In this document: positions 19,449 through 28,960 of the stretch, in pieces
How positions within the stretch are numbered: position 1 is the first letter of the stretch
Layout of the letters: each line of letters starts with the position of its first letter
Virus record (IMG/VR): IMGVR_UViG_3300035703_000025
Location: 61,472 to 125,471 of that record
DNA length: 64,000 nt
Origin: a virus
Direction: 5' to 3' (one strand)
Notes under the pieces: model-generated
The model's input: only the letters and a program-made list of their open reading frames with translations
Databases searched by the model: none
What the model was told of the DNA's origin: nothing
Translations under genes and position numbers: made by a program

Positions 19449-20123
19449 TTATCTCCTAAGCATCATGTGCTCTCTAGAAATGTCTTCATTGCTAGATACG
19501 ATTGTTTTATTTTGTCCGTGGACGTAGTACGTAAACAGAGGCATTGGAATCCGCAAACACATGTAATTTGCGGCAGATATCCGCATCCAAAAATCGTAAT
19601 CCTCTATTATTTTTATAGACTCGTTAAAGTAACCAACTGTGGACAGGACCCCTCGTTTAATAAACGAATTTGTTGAAATTATGCAGTCCTGCTTTAAAAT
19701 CTGCGGATCAAAATCTCTTTTAGCCGAATAAAAAAGCCTTGATCCGTGAACCTCAAAATAATCAGAGTACACGAGACCAACCTCTGAACCAAATTCAAGA
19801 TACTTGATGCTCATAGCCGTCTTTTCAGGGGAGTACTCATCATCAGCATCTAGAAATCCTATGTATTCACCGGTTGAGTTTACAAGACCAGCATTTCGTG
19901 CGCTTGCCGTACCACCGTTCTTCTTTTTTACTAGCTTTATATTATGGGATTTATTTTTGGATATAATGTCCTGGGCTATAAGCAATGAGTTGTCTTTGCT
20001 GCCGTCATCAACTATTATAATCTCGTATTCTGATGGGTCTAGTGTTTGTTTTATCGCGCTCTCTACAGAACGCCATAAAAAATGACCCTGGTTGTAATTG
20101 GGTATTATTATCGAGCACTTCAT
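19449..20123 (-). CDS. Glycosyltransferase family 2 (GT-A)
   Basis: SIIIPNYN, IIVDDGSKD, NGGTASARNAG, FLDADD, EDYDFW motifs. Confidence 0.93.
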   Translation of the reverse strand: MKCSIIIPNYNQGHFLWRSVESAIKQTLDPSEYEIIIVDDGSKDNSLLIAQDIISKNKSHNIKLVKKKNGGTASARNAGLVNSTGEYIGFLDADDEYSPEKTAMSIKYLEFGSEVGLVYSDYFEVHGSRLFYSAKRDFDPQILKQDCIISTNSFIKRGVLSTVGYFNESIKIIEDYDFWMRISAANYMCLRIPMPLFTYYVHGQNKTIVSSNEDISREHMMLRR

Positions 20124-20647
20124 ACGAACTCTAGCCTTTCTTTTTCACGATTAAAAAGCTCGTCTTCGCTTATATCCTCGTACCTGTAAATGTTAAAAGC
20201 GCCGTATTGAGAAAAACCGTCGTCTTCTGATCTGTATAGAACTGGCTTTGTGTTTTTTAAGGCAGCAGATATAAGATCTGAAATTTTGTGCGAGTATTTT
20301 TCGTTTGACCAAACGCAATAATCAAACCCCGCCTTTTTGTAAGGCATTTTTTGATTTTTCAAATAATCATTCCAAATTAAGAATATGCTAGACTCAAGTC
20401 GCTCTTTTTCAGAAAGCATCTTTGTGTCTTCAAAGAAAGACTCAAGTATCTTTACGAATCTTACATTTTGTAGGCTTCCGTAAATTGATCTCTTGCAGTC
20501 TAGCTCGTCACCAGATATGCCAATGTCAACAAAAATGTATTGGTAATCAGGGTTTATTTCTAGCTCATTTTTGCATTCAGAAGCCGTTCCAAAGAATAAT
20601 GGCCCGTTTCTGTTTTCCATCAAAAATATGCAAATTACTGGCTTCAT
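20120..20647 (-). CDS. Hypothetical protein in the GT cluster
   Basis: 175-aa ORF with ATGA couplings. Confidence 0.6.
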   Translation of the reverse strand: MKPVICIFLMENRNGPLFFGTASECKNELEINPDYQYIFVDIGISGDELDCKRSIYGSLQNVRFVKILESFFEDTKMLSEKERLESSIFLIWNDYLKNQKMPYKKAGFDYCVWSNEKYSHKISDLISAALKNTKPVLYRSEDDGFSQYGAFNIYRYEDISEDELFNREKERLEFV

Positions 20648-21090
20648 TGCTTTTTAGCCTCTACGTTTAATACCCACTGATGTGGCCCGTACCATGTTTT
20701 CGTTGGTTTAAAACCAGCAGACGAGAGTGCTTGTGTAAATGAATGTCTATCAAAAAACACAAGATAGCCACTAACCATAGAGTTAAACATTTCTGAGTCT
20801 ATTACTTCAGATGATAGGGCGTTTGCAAGAGCCTCAATGTCTATGCATTTTGCTTTTAATGTACATGAACTTGAGGAAAAATTAGCCCAAGACTTTAAAA
20901 TTTCACCGTATCCGGCCTTGCTTTTTTCTAGAGCGCCTGGATGACAAATAATTTCCTGTATAGATTCTGTTCCACTTACGCTGTTTATTACGTAGTCTTC
21001 GACAACGTGATCTGTTTTAAAAGAACCATTTTTTTCAAGATTAACGTAGCCATCAAGATAGTTTTCGTTGTGATTAATATTTAGTTTCAT
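20644..21090 (-). CDS. Degenerate methyltransferase-like protein
   Basis: KLNI…LDGYVNLE and LNVEAKK match phage class I MTases, but the GxG motif is missing. Confidence 0.45.
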   Translation of the reverse strand: MKLNINHNENYLDGYVNLEKNGSFKTDHVVEDYVINSVSGTESIQEIICHPGALEKSKAGYGEILKSWANFSSSSCTLKAKCIDIEALANALSSEVIDSEMFNSMVSGYLVFFDRHSFTQALSSAGFKPTKTWYGPHQWVLNVEAKKQ

Positions 21091-22109
21091 ATTGTTCCGC
21101 CAATTCTAATTGAATAAGCCCTGTCAAAAATTTCATTCCAAGAGCTGATAAAGTCTTTTATATTGTAGTCTTGAACAATTCTATTGCGACAATGAGAGCC
21201 GATCTTATTGGCATATTCTTTACTGTTACAAATACGAACAATTTGATCGGCTATTTTGTCAATATCATTGGTGCAAATTTCATCGTTGCGCATTATGTTT
21301 GGTATTTCTTGCTTAGCTGTTGAGACGCATGGGGCACCACACGACATCGCCTCCATCAAAGACATTGGCACAGGAGAAAGTCTAGAGGTGTTAATATAGC
21401 AAGCACATTTATTTATTGAAGAAATAAGAGACTTTTCGTTTGCAATTGGTTGACTTATACCCGGATTTTCACCGATCAGCGCAAACTTTATTGACGGATC
21501 GATTTGAAAAACTTTTTCTTTTACTGATAGCCACTCGGTGAATCCGCAAAACTGATCTCGTGACTCAAGACCGTTCACTATGTACAGAACATACTTAACT
21601 TCACCATCAGATGGGCCAGACCACCCAATAAAATCATCCGTTCTTATGCCGTGCTTAACAACACTAGAGTTATCAATTCCCCATGATTTTCTATTATGCT
21701 CTGTTATAAAGACATTTATGTCGGCCTTAAAGGACTTCATGTAATCAAGTTGTTCTTTTGGCCAATTGTTTAATTGTGGCTCTATGTGCTCAAGATGTAT
21801 TATTGGCAAGCGAAGGCTTTTAGAAACCTCTTGAGCAAACTGTATTTGGCCAAAACGCTCTTGCGATAAAATAAAATCAATGTCGTATTCAGTATCTGTT
21901 ATTGAATTGTATACGTGTGTGTTTTTTGGGAGTGGTTTATATTTTGTCTCCCATATTTTTGAGTTACCGCCGCGATTAAAGAGCAAAAATTCGTGCCCAG
22001 TCTCAGCAAGGTTTGTTTGATAAGATTCGTGTGTTGGAAAAGTCAAAATACGATACTTTTCCTTTTTAGGCAAATTTACCCGATTGAGTATTGATACTAT
22101 TGGATTCAT
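21087..22109 (-). CDS. Glycosyltransferase family 4 (GT-B)
   Basis: YINTS…PMSLMEAMSCGAPCVST motif. Confidence 0.88.
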   Translation of the reverse strand: MNPIVSILNRVNLPKKEKYRILTFPTHESYQTNLAETGHEFLLFNRGGNSKIWETKYKPLPKNTHVYNSITDTEYDIDFILSQERFGQIQFAQEVSKSLRLPIIHLEHIEPQLNNWPKEQLDYMKSFKADINVFITEHNRKSWGIDNSSVVKHGIRTDDFIGWSGPSDGEVKYVLYIVNGLESRDQFCGFTEWLSVKEKVFQIDPSIKFALIGENPGISQPIANEKSLISSINKCACYINTSRLSPVPMSLMEAMSCGAPCVSTAKQEIPNIMRNDEICTNDIDKIADQIVRICNSKEYANKIGSHCRNRIVQDYNIKDFISSWNEIFDRAYSIRIGGTI

Positions 22110-22111
22110 TT

Positions 22112-23221
22112 TTATCTCAGCATTGATACTAGCTTGGGACCAACCACTTCATACGAAAAGGTGTTGTGCATGTGTCTTACGTTTTCTTTTGCGATTTTTT
22201 CGTAGTGCCCATTTGCGGCCCTTCTCATCTTGAGCATCATTTCGGAAAGAGACCCCTCCATCCACTCTCCTCTGTGAGAATACAGTCCTGGAACTATCGC
22301 GCCCTTTGACATGGCAAAAACTGGCTTGCTTATCATGTCCTTCACTGTTGGCTCGTAACCTGAAGGAAACATTCTTTTTATACCGTTGAAGTGAGTTGCT
22401 ATTACTGGTTTGCCCATTGCTGCTGCATCAAAAGCTGGAATGCACTCGCCCTCTCCACGAGAAGCACTGACAAAGCAATCACAGCTGCCGTGAATAGCAG
22501 CTAATTCATTTTCAGGCAAAACATCAGTGATAAGGTATATTTTAGGGTGCAATCTTTCTGGTCTTTTAATTTCAGACTTTAGAGATTCTATAGACGCCTT
22601 TACTGCGTCTAGTGATTCCGATGGATTTTTACCGTCAATATATGTTTTTATAACAAGAGAAACGTTATCTCTAGATGTAAACTCAGACAAAAACGCCGCA
22701 ATTGTACCAGAAACATTCTTCCTGTACGAGTAATCTGAAATAGTGTAAAACTTATACGTGTCTTGTATTTCTTCTGGAAGATCTAGCTTTTGGTTACACC
22801 AGTTATTATATTTTGAAAAATCAGCTGGTCTTGTTACCATACCAATCGGAGCAGTAACACCAGAATCTACAGCAGCCTCAATTTGCTCTGGCGTAGTCAT
22901 CCATATCTCGTCCATCAAATTGCAAGAGTACTGCCAGCCAGAGTCAGAAAACGAAGAAGTTTCCCAATAAAAAAGACCGATGTTTTTTACCCCTTCAGTT
23001 CTAACAAATGTGTTTGGAATCGTTTGCTGAATTACAACATCCACGCCATCAAGCGAGCCGCCCTCTTTTATTTGGGCGTCAATAAAGTTTGGTCTTTGAT
23101 TTAAACTAAACCAAATTGGTGTTACGTCTACTCCTTGACCCTGTAGGCACTTAATAAAATCTCTAGACGAGTTTCCATAACCGGTGCCATCACGGTAAAC
23201 AGATATGTATGCTACTCTCAT
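22112..23221 (-). CDS. Glycosyltransferase family 4 (GT-B)
   Basis: TGYG, RKN, DCFVSASRGEGECIPAFDAAAMGKPVIAT motifs. Confidence 0.9.
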   Translation of the reverse strand: MRVAYISVYRDGTGYGNSSRDFIKCLQGQGVDVTPIWFSLNQRPNFIDAQIKEGGSLDGVDVVIQQTIPNTFVRTEGVKNIGLFYWETSSFSDSGWQYSCNLMDEIWMTTPEQIEAAVDSGVTAPIGMVTRPADFSKYNNWCNQKLDLPEEIQDTYKFYTISDYSYRKNVSGTIAAFLSEFTSRDNVSLVIKTYIDGKNPSESLDAVKASIESLKSEIKRPERLHPKIYLITDVLPENELAAIHGSCDCFVSASRGEGECIPAFDAAAMGKPVIATHFNGIKRMFPSGYEPTVKDMISKPVFAMSKGAIVPGLYSHRGEWMEGSLSEMMLKMRRAANGHYEKIAKENVRHMHNTFSYEVVGPKLVSMLR

Positions 23222-24885
23222 ATTAATTTCACATTCCCTTTATTTTGGACTGCGCTCTTTTTATTAACATTGCTGAAATATCGATTTTGCTCGAAATTGT
23301 TCCTTTCAAAGACTTCCTTATTTGCAATGTTGTTTAGTTTCTCAAGATTTATGTCGTTTCCAGTGAAAGCGGAGTTGTTGTTCATAACATCGGATATTGC
23401 CGCCATTTGAAACGGTGTCCCCTGCATACACCCCCTAGTGAATGCGTGAGAAGCTATAGAACAAGCATTAAAGGCATCATAAGATCCATTACTCTGCAGA
23501 TTAATGTAGCTAGAAATATTCGGCGGTGCAAACCATCTAAACGGGTTTTTTGCTGGTATGGACGAGAATATATCGTCCCATTTTTTAGCAAAACCATCAC
23601 TTGAGTGATAATGCTCAGCTGTCTCTCTAGCAAGAGATTGCATCAGTAGTCTTTTTTCTTCGCCTTCTTGCAGGAAGCTAGTCAATATTTCCTCCAAGTG
23701 CTTATCGTCTGGAACGCCACGAATCTGACTAGTCTCTCTGACAGACTCTTGCTTCCAGCCAGCCATTCTTACCTGTCCGTATCCACCGCCAAGTCTAGCT
23801 AGCTCATACGGAGCTGCGTAATCCACAGAAACTACTGGGACACCACAAGCCTTTGCTTCAATTATTGGAATCTCAAGTGCGCCAGCTACGCTATACTGAA
23901 TATATAGATCAGCAAGGTTGTAGATTTTTGCAAGCTCCTCTCTTGTTGATCCGTTAGATGTATTTGCCATTGCGCAGGCTTTGGCTCTGCACTTTGGGCA
24001 ATACTTTCTATCTCCAGAATAAAAACCAGGAGTGGACTGCTTGCACGTCTGGCAATAATAAGTAACTATTACTCTATTGCCAACACCGTATCTGATTATC
24101 TCTTTTGGGATATCAAATCCGCAATCTGGATTTCCTGTATGCAGATATAGATAGGTCTTATCAGCGATATCTCCAAGCCCAAGCTTGTACAAATTATCAA
24201 GAGCGTTTGCGAAAGCGCTCATAATATTTGGAAAAAGCTTTCTTGGCTGATTTCTCATTACGGTCATTATGATATTTGCGTCTTTTGGTATTCCGTACTC
24301 TTCTCTAATCTTTATTTTGTCCATAGGCTTGAAGACATCTATGTCAACGCCTGGCATAGTATCTATTTGAGATACGTTTAGCTTTCCTCCACCGTATTTT
24401 CTAAGAACATTAAGCCCCCATTGCGTGTACGATGTTAGCAAATCAACAGTTGAAAATGTTGATAGCCATTCATCTCTTGGTGGCTCTGAATCAACACACG
24501 CTGACCATATGTAAGTATAATACGGTCTTGACGGCGATTTTGTTATAAATTCATCATGCCAGTAATCCCGATAGGAAAAAACAATATCTGGCTTAAAATG
24601 ATTTACTGCACTTTCAAATCTTAACGAGCCGAACTGCGAGGTTTGATATTCGCGTTGGAATCTCTCCATCTCGTCTTTTTTCGACTGCGATGGTATTACT
24701 GGATAAACCTTCCAAGGCAACTGATTTATTCTTGGATCGTCATCTGAAACATAAGATGCTAGCTCCGCAACCTCGTACTTTCCGCTCTTATGAAGTCTTG
24801 AAAGGACGTCATATGCCATAACAGAAAAGCCTGTGTTTAGCAGGCTAAATTCACTAACTAGCAGAATTCTTTTTTTATCGCTCAC
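23218..24885 (-). CDS. Glycosyltransferase family 4 with inserted Zn ribbon
   Basis: TGF, RNQPRK, IYNLADL…EIPIIEAKACGVP; CQTC…CPKC insertion. Confidence 0.88.
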   Translation of the reverse strand: MSDKKRILLVSEFSLLNTGFSVMAYDVLSRLHKSGKYEVAELASYVSDDDPRINQLPWKVYPVIPSQSKKDEMERFQREYQTSQFGSLRFESAVNHFKPDIVFSYRDYWHDEFITKSPSRPYYTYIWSACVDSEPPRDEWLSTFSTVDLLTSYTQWGLNVLRKYGGGKLNVSQIDTMPGVDIDVFKPMDKIKIREEYGIPKDANIIMTVMRNQPRKLFPNIMSAFANALDNLYKLGLGDIADKTYLYLHTGNPDCGFDIPKEIIRYGVGNRVIVTYYCQTCKQSTPGFYSGDRKYCPKCRAKACAMANTSNGSTREELAKIYNLADLYIQYSVAGALEIPIIEAKACGVPVVSVDYAAPYELARLGGGYGQVRMAGWKQESVRETSQIRGVPDDKHLEEILTSFLQEGEEKRLLMQSLARETAEHYHSSDGFAKKWDDIFSSIPAKNPFRWFAPPNISSYINLQSNGSYDAFNACSIASHAFTRGCMQGTPFQMAAISDVMNNNSAFTGNDINLEKLNNIANKEVFERNNFEQNRYFSNVNKKSAVQNKGNVKLI

Positions 24886-25051
24886 CTGTAGTAAACCCTT
24901 TAAACTTTCCTAAGTTTTTAGTGCTAGCCTTCGATGAAAGGTTAAGCTCTTTTTCAATTTCTTCAGCAAGTAAATCAAGCTGGCCAGGGGCTTTGAGTAA
25001 ACCCCTGGCCTGCAAGATCTCAAGAATTTTGACAATCTTAATTGAAGACAT
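24875..25051 (-). CDS. Small hypothetical protein (58 aa, MSSIKIVKILEILQARG…)
   Basis: Not in the ORF track; TAATG-coupled to ssb and fills the gap to the next gene. Confidence 0.6.
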   Translation of the reverse strand: MSSIKIVKILEILQARGLLKAPGQLDLLAEEIEKELNLSSKASTKNLGKFKGFTTGER

Positions 25052-25479
25052 TAGAATGGGATGTCCTGAAGATCAGACTGCTTTTGAGTAGACTTTTTTG
25101 TGATCTTTTGCGATGGCTTTGATTCGCTTTGCTGTGAATCGCCAGAGCCTCGCTTTGAAAGAAACTCAAAGTCTTCAATGCTAACAAGGATCTTGCTTCT
25201 CTTTTCGCCATCCTTGTTTTCCCAGTTTTCTTGCTTTAGATGTCCCTCTACAAGAATCGGGTCCGACTTCTTTAGATACTCGGAAATTACACCAGCTCTA
25301 GAACCCCACATCTCACAATCAATGTATGTGGTTTCTTCCTTCTTTTCACCAGACTTCGTGGTGTAGCGGCGATTAATTGCCATTCTGAATCGAACAACAC
25401 TGTTGTTATCGCCAATTTCCTTTAGCTCGGGATCACTAACCAAGTTACCTACCAAAACGACTTTGTTAAAATTTGACAT
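25051..25479 (-). CDS. ssb: Single-stranded DNA-binding protein
   Basis: FNKVVLVGNL..DPEL, VEGHL and acidic C-terminal DIPF. Confidence 0.96.
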   Translation of the reverse strand: MSNFNKVVLVGNLVSDPELKEIGDNNSVVRFRMAINRRYTTKSGEKKEETTYIDCEMWGSRAGVISEYLKKSDPILVEGHLKQENWENKDGEKRSKILVSIEDFEFLSKRGSGDSQQSESKPSQKITKKSTQKQSDLQDIPF

Positions 25480-25495
25480 GTTGTACCTGTGCCTT

Positions 25496-25502
25496 ATTGT
25501 AG
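25496..25502 (-). promoter_or_regulatory. CTACAAT -10-like element
   Basis: Upstream of ssb; recurrent motif. Confidence 0.5.
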
Positions 25503-25529
25503 TTATCTAACTCTGTTTTCAATATAAAA

Positions 25530-27074
25530 TTAACTTATTTCTGTTAAAGACTCTACTGACCATCCACTTCCGGTTCCTCTTATGGTAAACTCATATTTGC
25601 CGTCCTTTCTAATTTTTGATTTGTGTTTTGCGTATGCATTTGGGAAAATAACGATTCTTATGCTGCCACTTGAGTCAGTAATGTTTATTTGACACATTTC
25701 CTGGCCAGGATTTTCACCCTTCTTCGTGACTGTAAACGTTGTGTCTACAATTGATGCAATAACCCTTTTTGTGATACCTTTGTTGTTTCGCAGCATCCTG
25801 TGGCAATCCTTGCATGTAAAGTCAGCTATATCTTTGTACTCGTCTACTGCGCTGCAAGTCATTGCAATAGACAAAAGTTCTTGTTCACTAGAGGCCTTCC
25901 AGTCAGTTGTGTCCTTTGCGTTTTCATCTATTGCATCAGCCTCAGATTTGACTATTGGCTTTCTCTTTTTAGTACTAATAGTCTCAGAACACTCAATCAT
26001 TTTTTGCTTAATTAATGATACCGAGTTGTTCGGTTCATTTTTACAAATTTCGTCCACAACGTACTTAACCTCTCTTGGTGTTAGTTCGTTCATGGCACCA
26101 ACGACATCAAGCATTGTTTTTCTTCCAATTCCGTACAAATCACAAGCCCCACTTTTTATTAGGGATTCTACACCAAGAGATCGCAAAGAATCATTTTCCC
26201 TATAGGCAAGGTTTATGAATTCAGAAAAGTGCTTTGGTCTATTCGTCTTTATTGTTTCCCAGTCCTTCTCTCCAAACTGCTTGATGTGGCTAAGACCAAA
26301 TATAATACTCTTTGAGTTATTATCGTTGACAATTTTAAAGTCTTTTGACGACTCCGTGATTGTTGGTGGAAGTATTTTTATACCGCAAAGCTTTGCCTCG
26401 TTAATCATATCGTGAAGCTCTTCTCTTGATTTTTGTCTAGCCTTGGAGTATGTTAGGTATGTGCAATAAAACTCATGCGGAAAGTTCGCCTTCATATACG
26501 CAGTTCTGTAAGACCACACTGCATATTTTTTCGCGTGAGCATCATTAAAGGCGTATCTTCCAGCGCTTTCAATCATTGAAAACAGCTGCTCTGCCAAGTC
26601 CTTTGACTTTCCATTTTTTACACAACCAGAAACAAACTTTTCACGAAGATCACTGATTACTTTATAATCCTTCTTTCCAATGCCCTTTCTTAGCTTGTCA
26701 ACAATAACTAGACGGTCAATATAAGGCATTTCCTTCCATGCGATCTCACCACCAAACTTCATTAGCTGTTCCTGGTAAATGAGAACGCCGCTTGTTGGTT
26801 GCAGAATGCGGTCAACGTCCTCGTCACCAAACTTGTGGGCAACATCTAGACCGTTCTTTACTCTCGCGTATTTTTCAGTCATTCCAGACTCAAGACACGC
26901 CGGTCTAATAAGTGCAAGAACCGCGCTAAGTTCATTTATGTTTTTAGGCTTTATCTTGGAGGCCCACTGCTTTCCAAGCTCGCTTTCGAGTTGAAAAACA
27001 CCGCCAGTGTTTCCACTTTGAATTAAGCGCCATGTTTTGTCGTTTTTAAAATTTACTTCTTCGATGTTGAACAT
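25530..27074 (-). CDS. dnaE: DNA polymerase III alpha, C-terminal part (fingers, HhH, OB)
   Basis: GVFQLES, LIRPACL, GVLIYQEQLM, YAFNDAHA, FGLSHIK and C-terminal OB fold. Confidence 0.92.
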   Translation of the reverse strand: MFNIEEVNFKNDKTWRLIQSGNTGGVFQLESELGKQWASKIKPKNINELSAVLALIRPACLESGMTEKYARVKNGLDVAHKFGDEDVDRILQPTSGVLIYQEQLMKFGGEIAWKEMPYIDRLVIVDKLRKGIGKKDYKVISDLREKFVSGCVKNGKSKDLAEQLFSMIESAGRYAFNDAHAKKYAVWSYRTAYMKANFPHEFYCTYLTYSKARQKSREELHDMINEAKLCGIKILPPTITESSKDFKIVNDNNSKSIIFGLSHIKQFGEKDWETIKTNRPKHFSEFINLAYRENDSLRSLGVESLIKSGACDLYGIGRKTMLDVVGAMNELTPREVKYVVDEICKNEPNNSVSLIKQKMIECSETISTKKRKPIVKSEADAIDENAKDTTDWKASSEQELLSIAMTCSAVDEYKDIADFTCKDCHRMLRNNKGITKRVIASIVDTTFTVTKKGENPGQEMCQINITDSSGSIRIVIFPNAYAKHKSKIRKDGKYEFTIRGTGSGWSVESLTEIS

Positions 27075-27077
27075 ACT

Positions 27078-27716
27078 TTACTCAGCTGTTATCTTGATCT
27101 TAGGACGTATCTTAAAGTTCATAAACGACATATACCGTTTAAACATTTCCGCCGTAATCTTCACGTCCTCAAGCGCGTCGTGAGTCTCAGATGTCCTTTT
27201 CATACCAAGTAAACCAGCGTAAGTGTCTAGTCTGTTATTTTTAAGGTTATCCCTGCCAAAAATAGAAAACATCATGGGCATCATATCGAGTTTTATGTTT
27301 GACCACGGGCAATCATTTTTGCCATTAATTATCTTGTATTTGCGCATCCAGTATTCAACAAATCTATCGTCAAAATTACAATTGTTATAGCCAACAATTA
27401 TGGGATATTCCCATGGATTTTCAGAAGGGTTTGATATAGAGAGATACTCTTTAAACTTTCTAAGAGCTGTCTTTGGGTGCATTCCATCGGTTTGCGCTTT
27501 TGTCCAAAGATCTTGGCCAATTACTTGTATTGCTTTAGCGTCAGCCTTTTCAGGACTTTGTGGTTGAACGGTAATGCAAAATTCGGGAATTGTTTTTGAT
27601 ATTTCGTAATCCGAGTAATTAAGTGTTACTGCAGCTATTTGAACTATCTCGGCACCGTTTTCATAATCTAGACCAGTGGTTTCAATATCGTAAACAACGA
27701 AATTCCTCTTGTTCAT
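27078..27716 (-). CDS. dnaQ: DEDDh 3'-5' exonuclease (DnaQ/epsilon-like)
   Basis: VYDIETTG, GYN..FD, HDALED motifs. Confidence 0.88.
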   Translation of the reverse strand: MNKRNFVVYDIETTGLDYENGAEIVQIAAVTLNYSDYEISKTIPEFCITVQPQSPEKADAKAIQVIGQDLWTKAQTDGMHPKTALRKFKEYLSISNPSENPWEYPIIVGYNNCNFDDRFVEYWMRKYKIINGKNDCPWSNIKLDMMPMMFSIFGRDNLKNNRLDTYAGLLGMKRTSETHDALEDVKITAEMFKRYMSFMNFKIRPKIKITAE

Positions 27717-27721
27717 GTAGG

Positions 27722-27741
27722 ATTGTAGTGTTCGTGTATTT
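27722..27741. promoter_or_regulatory. Back-to-back divergent promoters: CTACAAT (-) and GTGTATTT (+)
   Basis: CTACAAT 5 nt before the dnaQ ATG; GTGTATTT 14 nt before ATG 27748. Confidence 0.6.
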
Positions 27742-27747
27742 AATTTT

Positions 27748-28410
27748 ATGGATCAAATGCGATTGGGCATAATAAAACACATTAACGCGGCAGCTGAGAG
27801 CTTTCCTGCCCGTTTTGACGAACCAAATGTGCCTATAGACGCAACACCAACACACTCTTTGTCAGCCCCATCAAAGTTTGATTTATGGATGTCAAGTATA
27901 CTTGATTCAATAATCCGAAGATTTGGCGGTATAAATAACGCGATAATTTATTTTTTAGTAAACAGGCTTGGATTTACGCAACAATTGGCTGAAATGCTTG
28001 TTGTGCATCTTACGCTTGTTGAAAACATCTTGTGGGATCTGTCTGTATGGTTTTATTTGGGAAGACAAACAGATGTAGTCTCAGAGATTGTCAGGTCAAT
28101 AATATGGAGTTTTGTAAATGCTCTTAATCTTCCACTTGGGTCTGACGCAGAGCAGCTTGTTGCAAGAGTCGCAATTTCTATACAAGATGGCCTAACAGAA
28201 AACTTATGGACACCAACTGTTGTTGGAGAGGTTTGTGCTGCTTTACAACGAGGATGGACTTTGCAGCAGATACTAAGCTGGATGCAGCATCTAAGCCGTG
28301 GTGGTACTTACTATCACTGGCCTGACACGTGGTCTGAAGCTGAACTAGAAATACGGGAAAGAGAAGAAGAAGACAGAGAAAACAGCGAGGCTGGGCTAGA
28401 AAATGAGTAA
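27748..28410 (+). CDS. Helical hydrophobic hypothetical protein with basic leader and acidic tail
   Basis: 220-aa ORF after a late motif. Confidence 0.7.
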   Translation: MDQMRLGIIKHINAAAESFPARFDEPNVPIDATPTHSLSAPSKFDLWMSSILDSIIRRFGGINNAIIYFLVNRLGFTQQLAEMLVVHLTLVENILWDLSVWFYLGRQTDVVSEIVRSIIWSFVNALNLPLGSDAEQLVARVAISIQDGLTENLWTPTVVGEVCAALQRGWTLQQILSWMQHLSRGGTYYHWPDTWSEAELEIREREEEDRENSEAGLENE

Positions 28411-28960
28411 ACTAGAAAGATTAATCAAAAAACACATTACGTTGTTTGCGCGTCAAGAAACGCAAATTGCGCCAGGCTCACAATCGCCAACTAGTCTTTC
28501 ATGCAACTGCTGCATAGAAGGCACAGATCAACTAAGCATAACTAAAATATGCGAAGCGGTCAAGCAGCTGTCTAGCTCTGTTGGAAGCCCTGGATCTAAT
28601 CAGTGCGCAAAAGACATTAAGAGAAATAATACTAAGCCGTGTTCGACAAATAAGTTTACTAAGGGTAATGTAATAATTGACAAATGCAAGCTTTATGCTG
28701 GGTCTGTAGTAGCCGCTTTGCCAGCAAGCTCAACAGAGCAGCAAAAATCAGAAGCGTCAAGAAAAGCAGAGTGTGATTGTTTAAATAATGCCATTTACGG
28801 CTCGCCAGACATAAACGGCTTGGGTTTTCCAGGAGCGATAATGGGTCAGCAGGTTTTGGATTTTTATAGAGATGGCTGCTCTTATACTTGGATTAGTACC
28901 GTGTGTGGAGAGAGACAAAAGGTTATCGATAGAAAAGGCTTACAGCATCTTATGTGCTGA
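28403..28960 (+). CDS. Cys-rich protein with basic leader
   Basis: 185 aa, about 12 Cys; overlaps the previous gene. Confidence 0.7.
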   Translation: MSKLERLIKKHITLFARQETQIAPGSQSPTSLSCNCCIEGTDQLSITKICEAVKQLSSSVGSPGSNQCAKDIKRNNTKPCSTNKFTKGNVIIDKCKLYAGSVVAALPASSTEQQKSEASRKAECDCLNNAIYGSPDINGLGFPGAIMGQQVLDFYRDGCSYTWISTVCGERQKVIDRKGLQHLMC

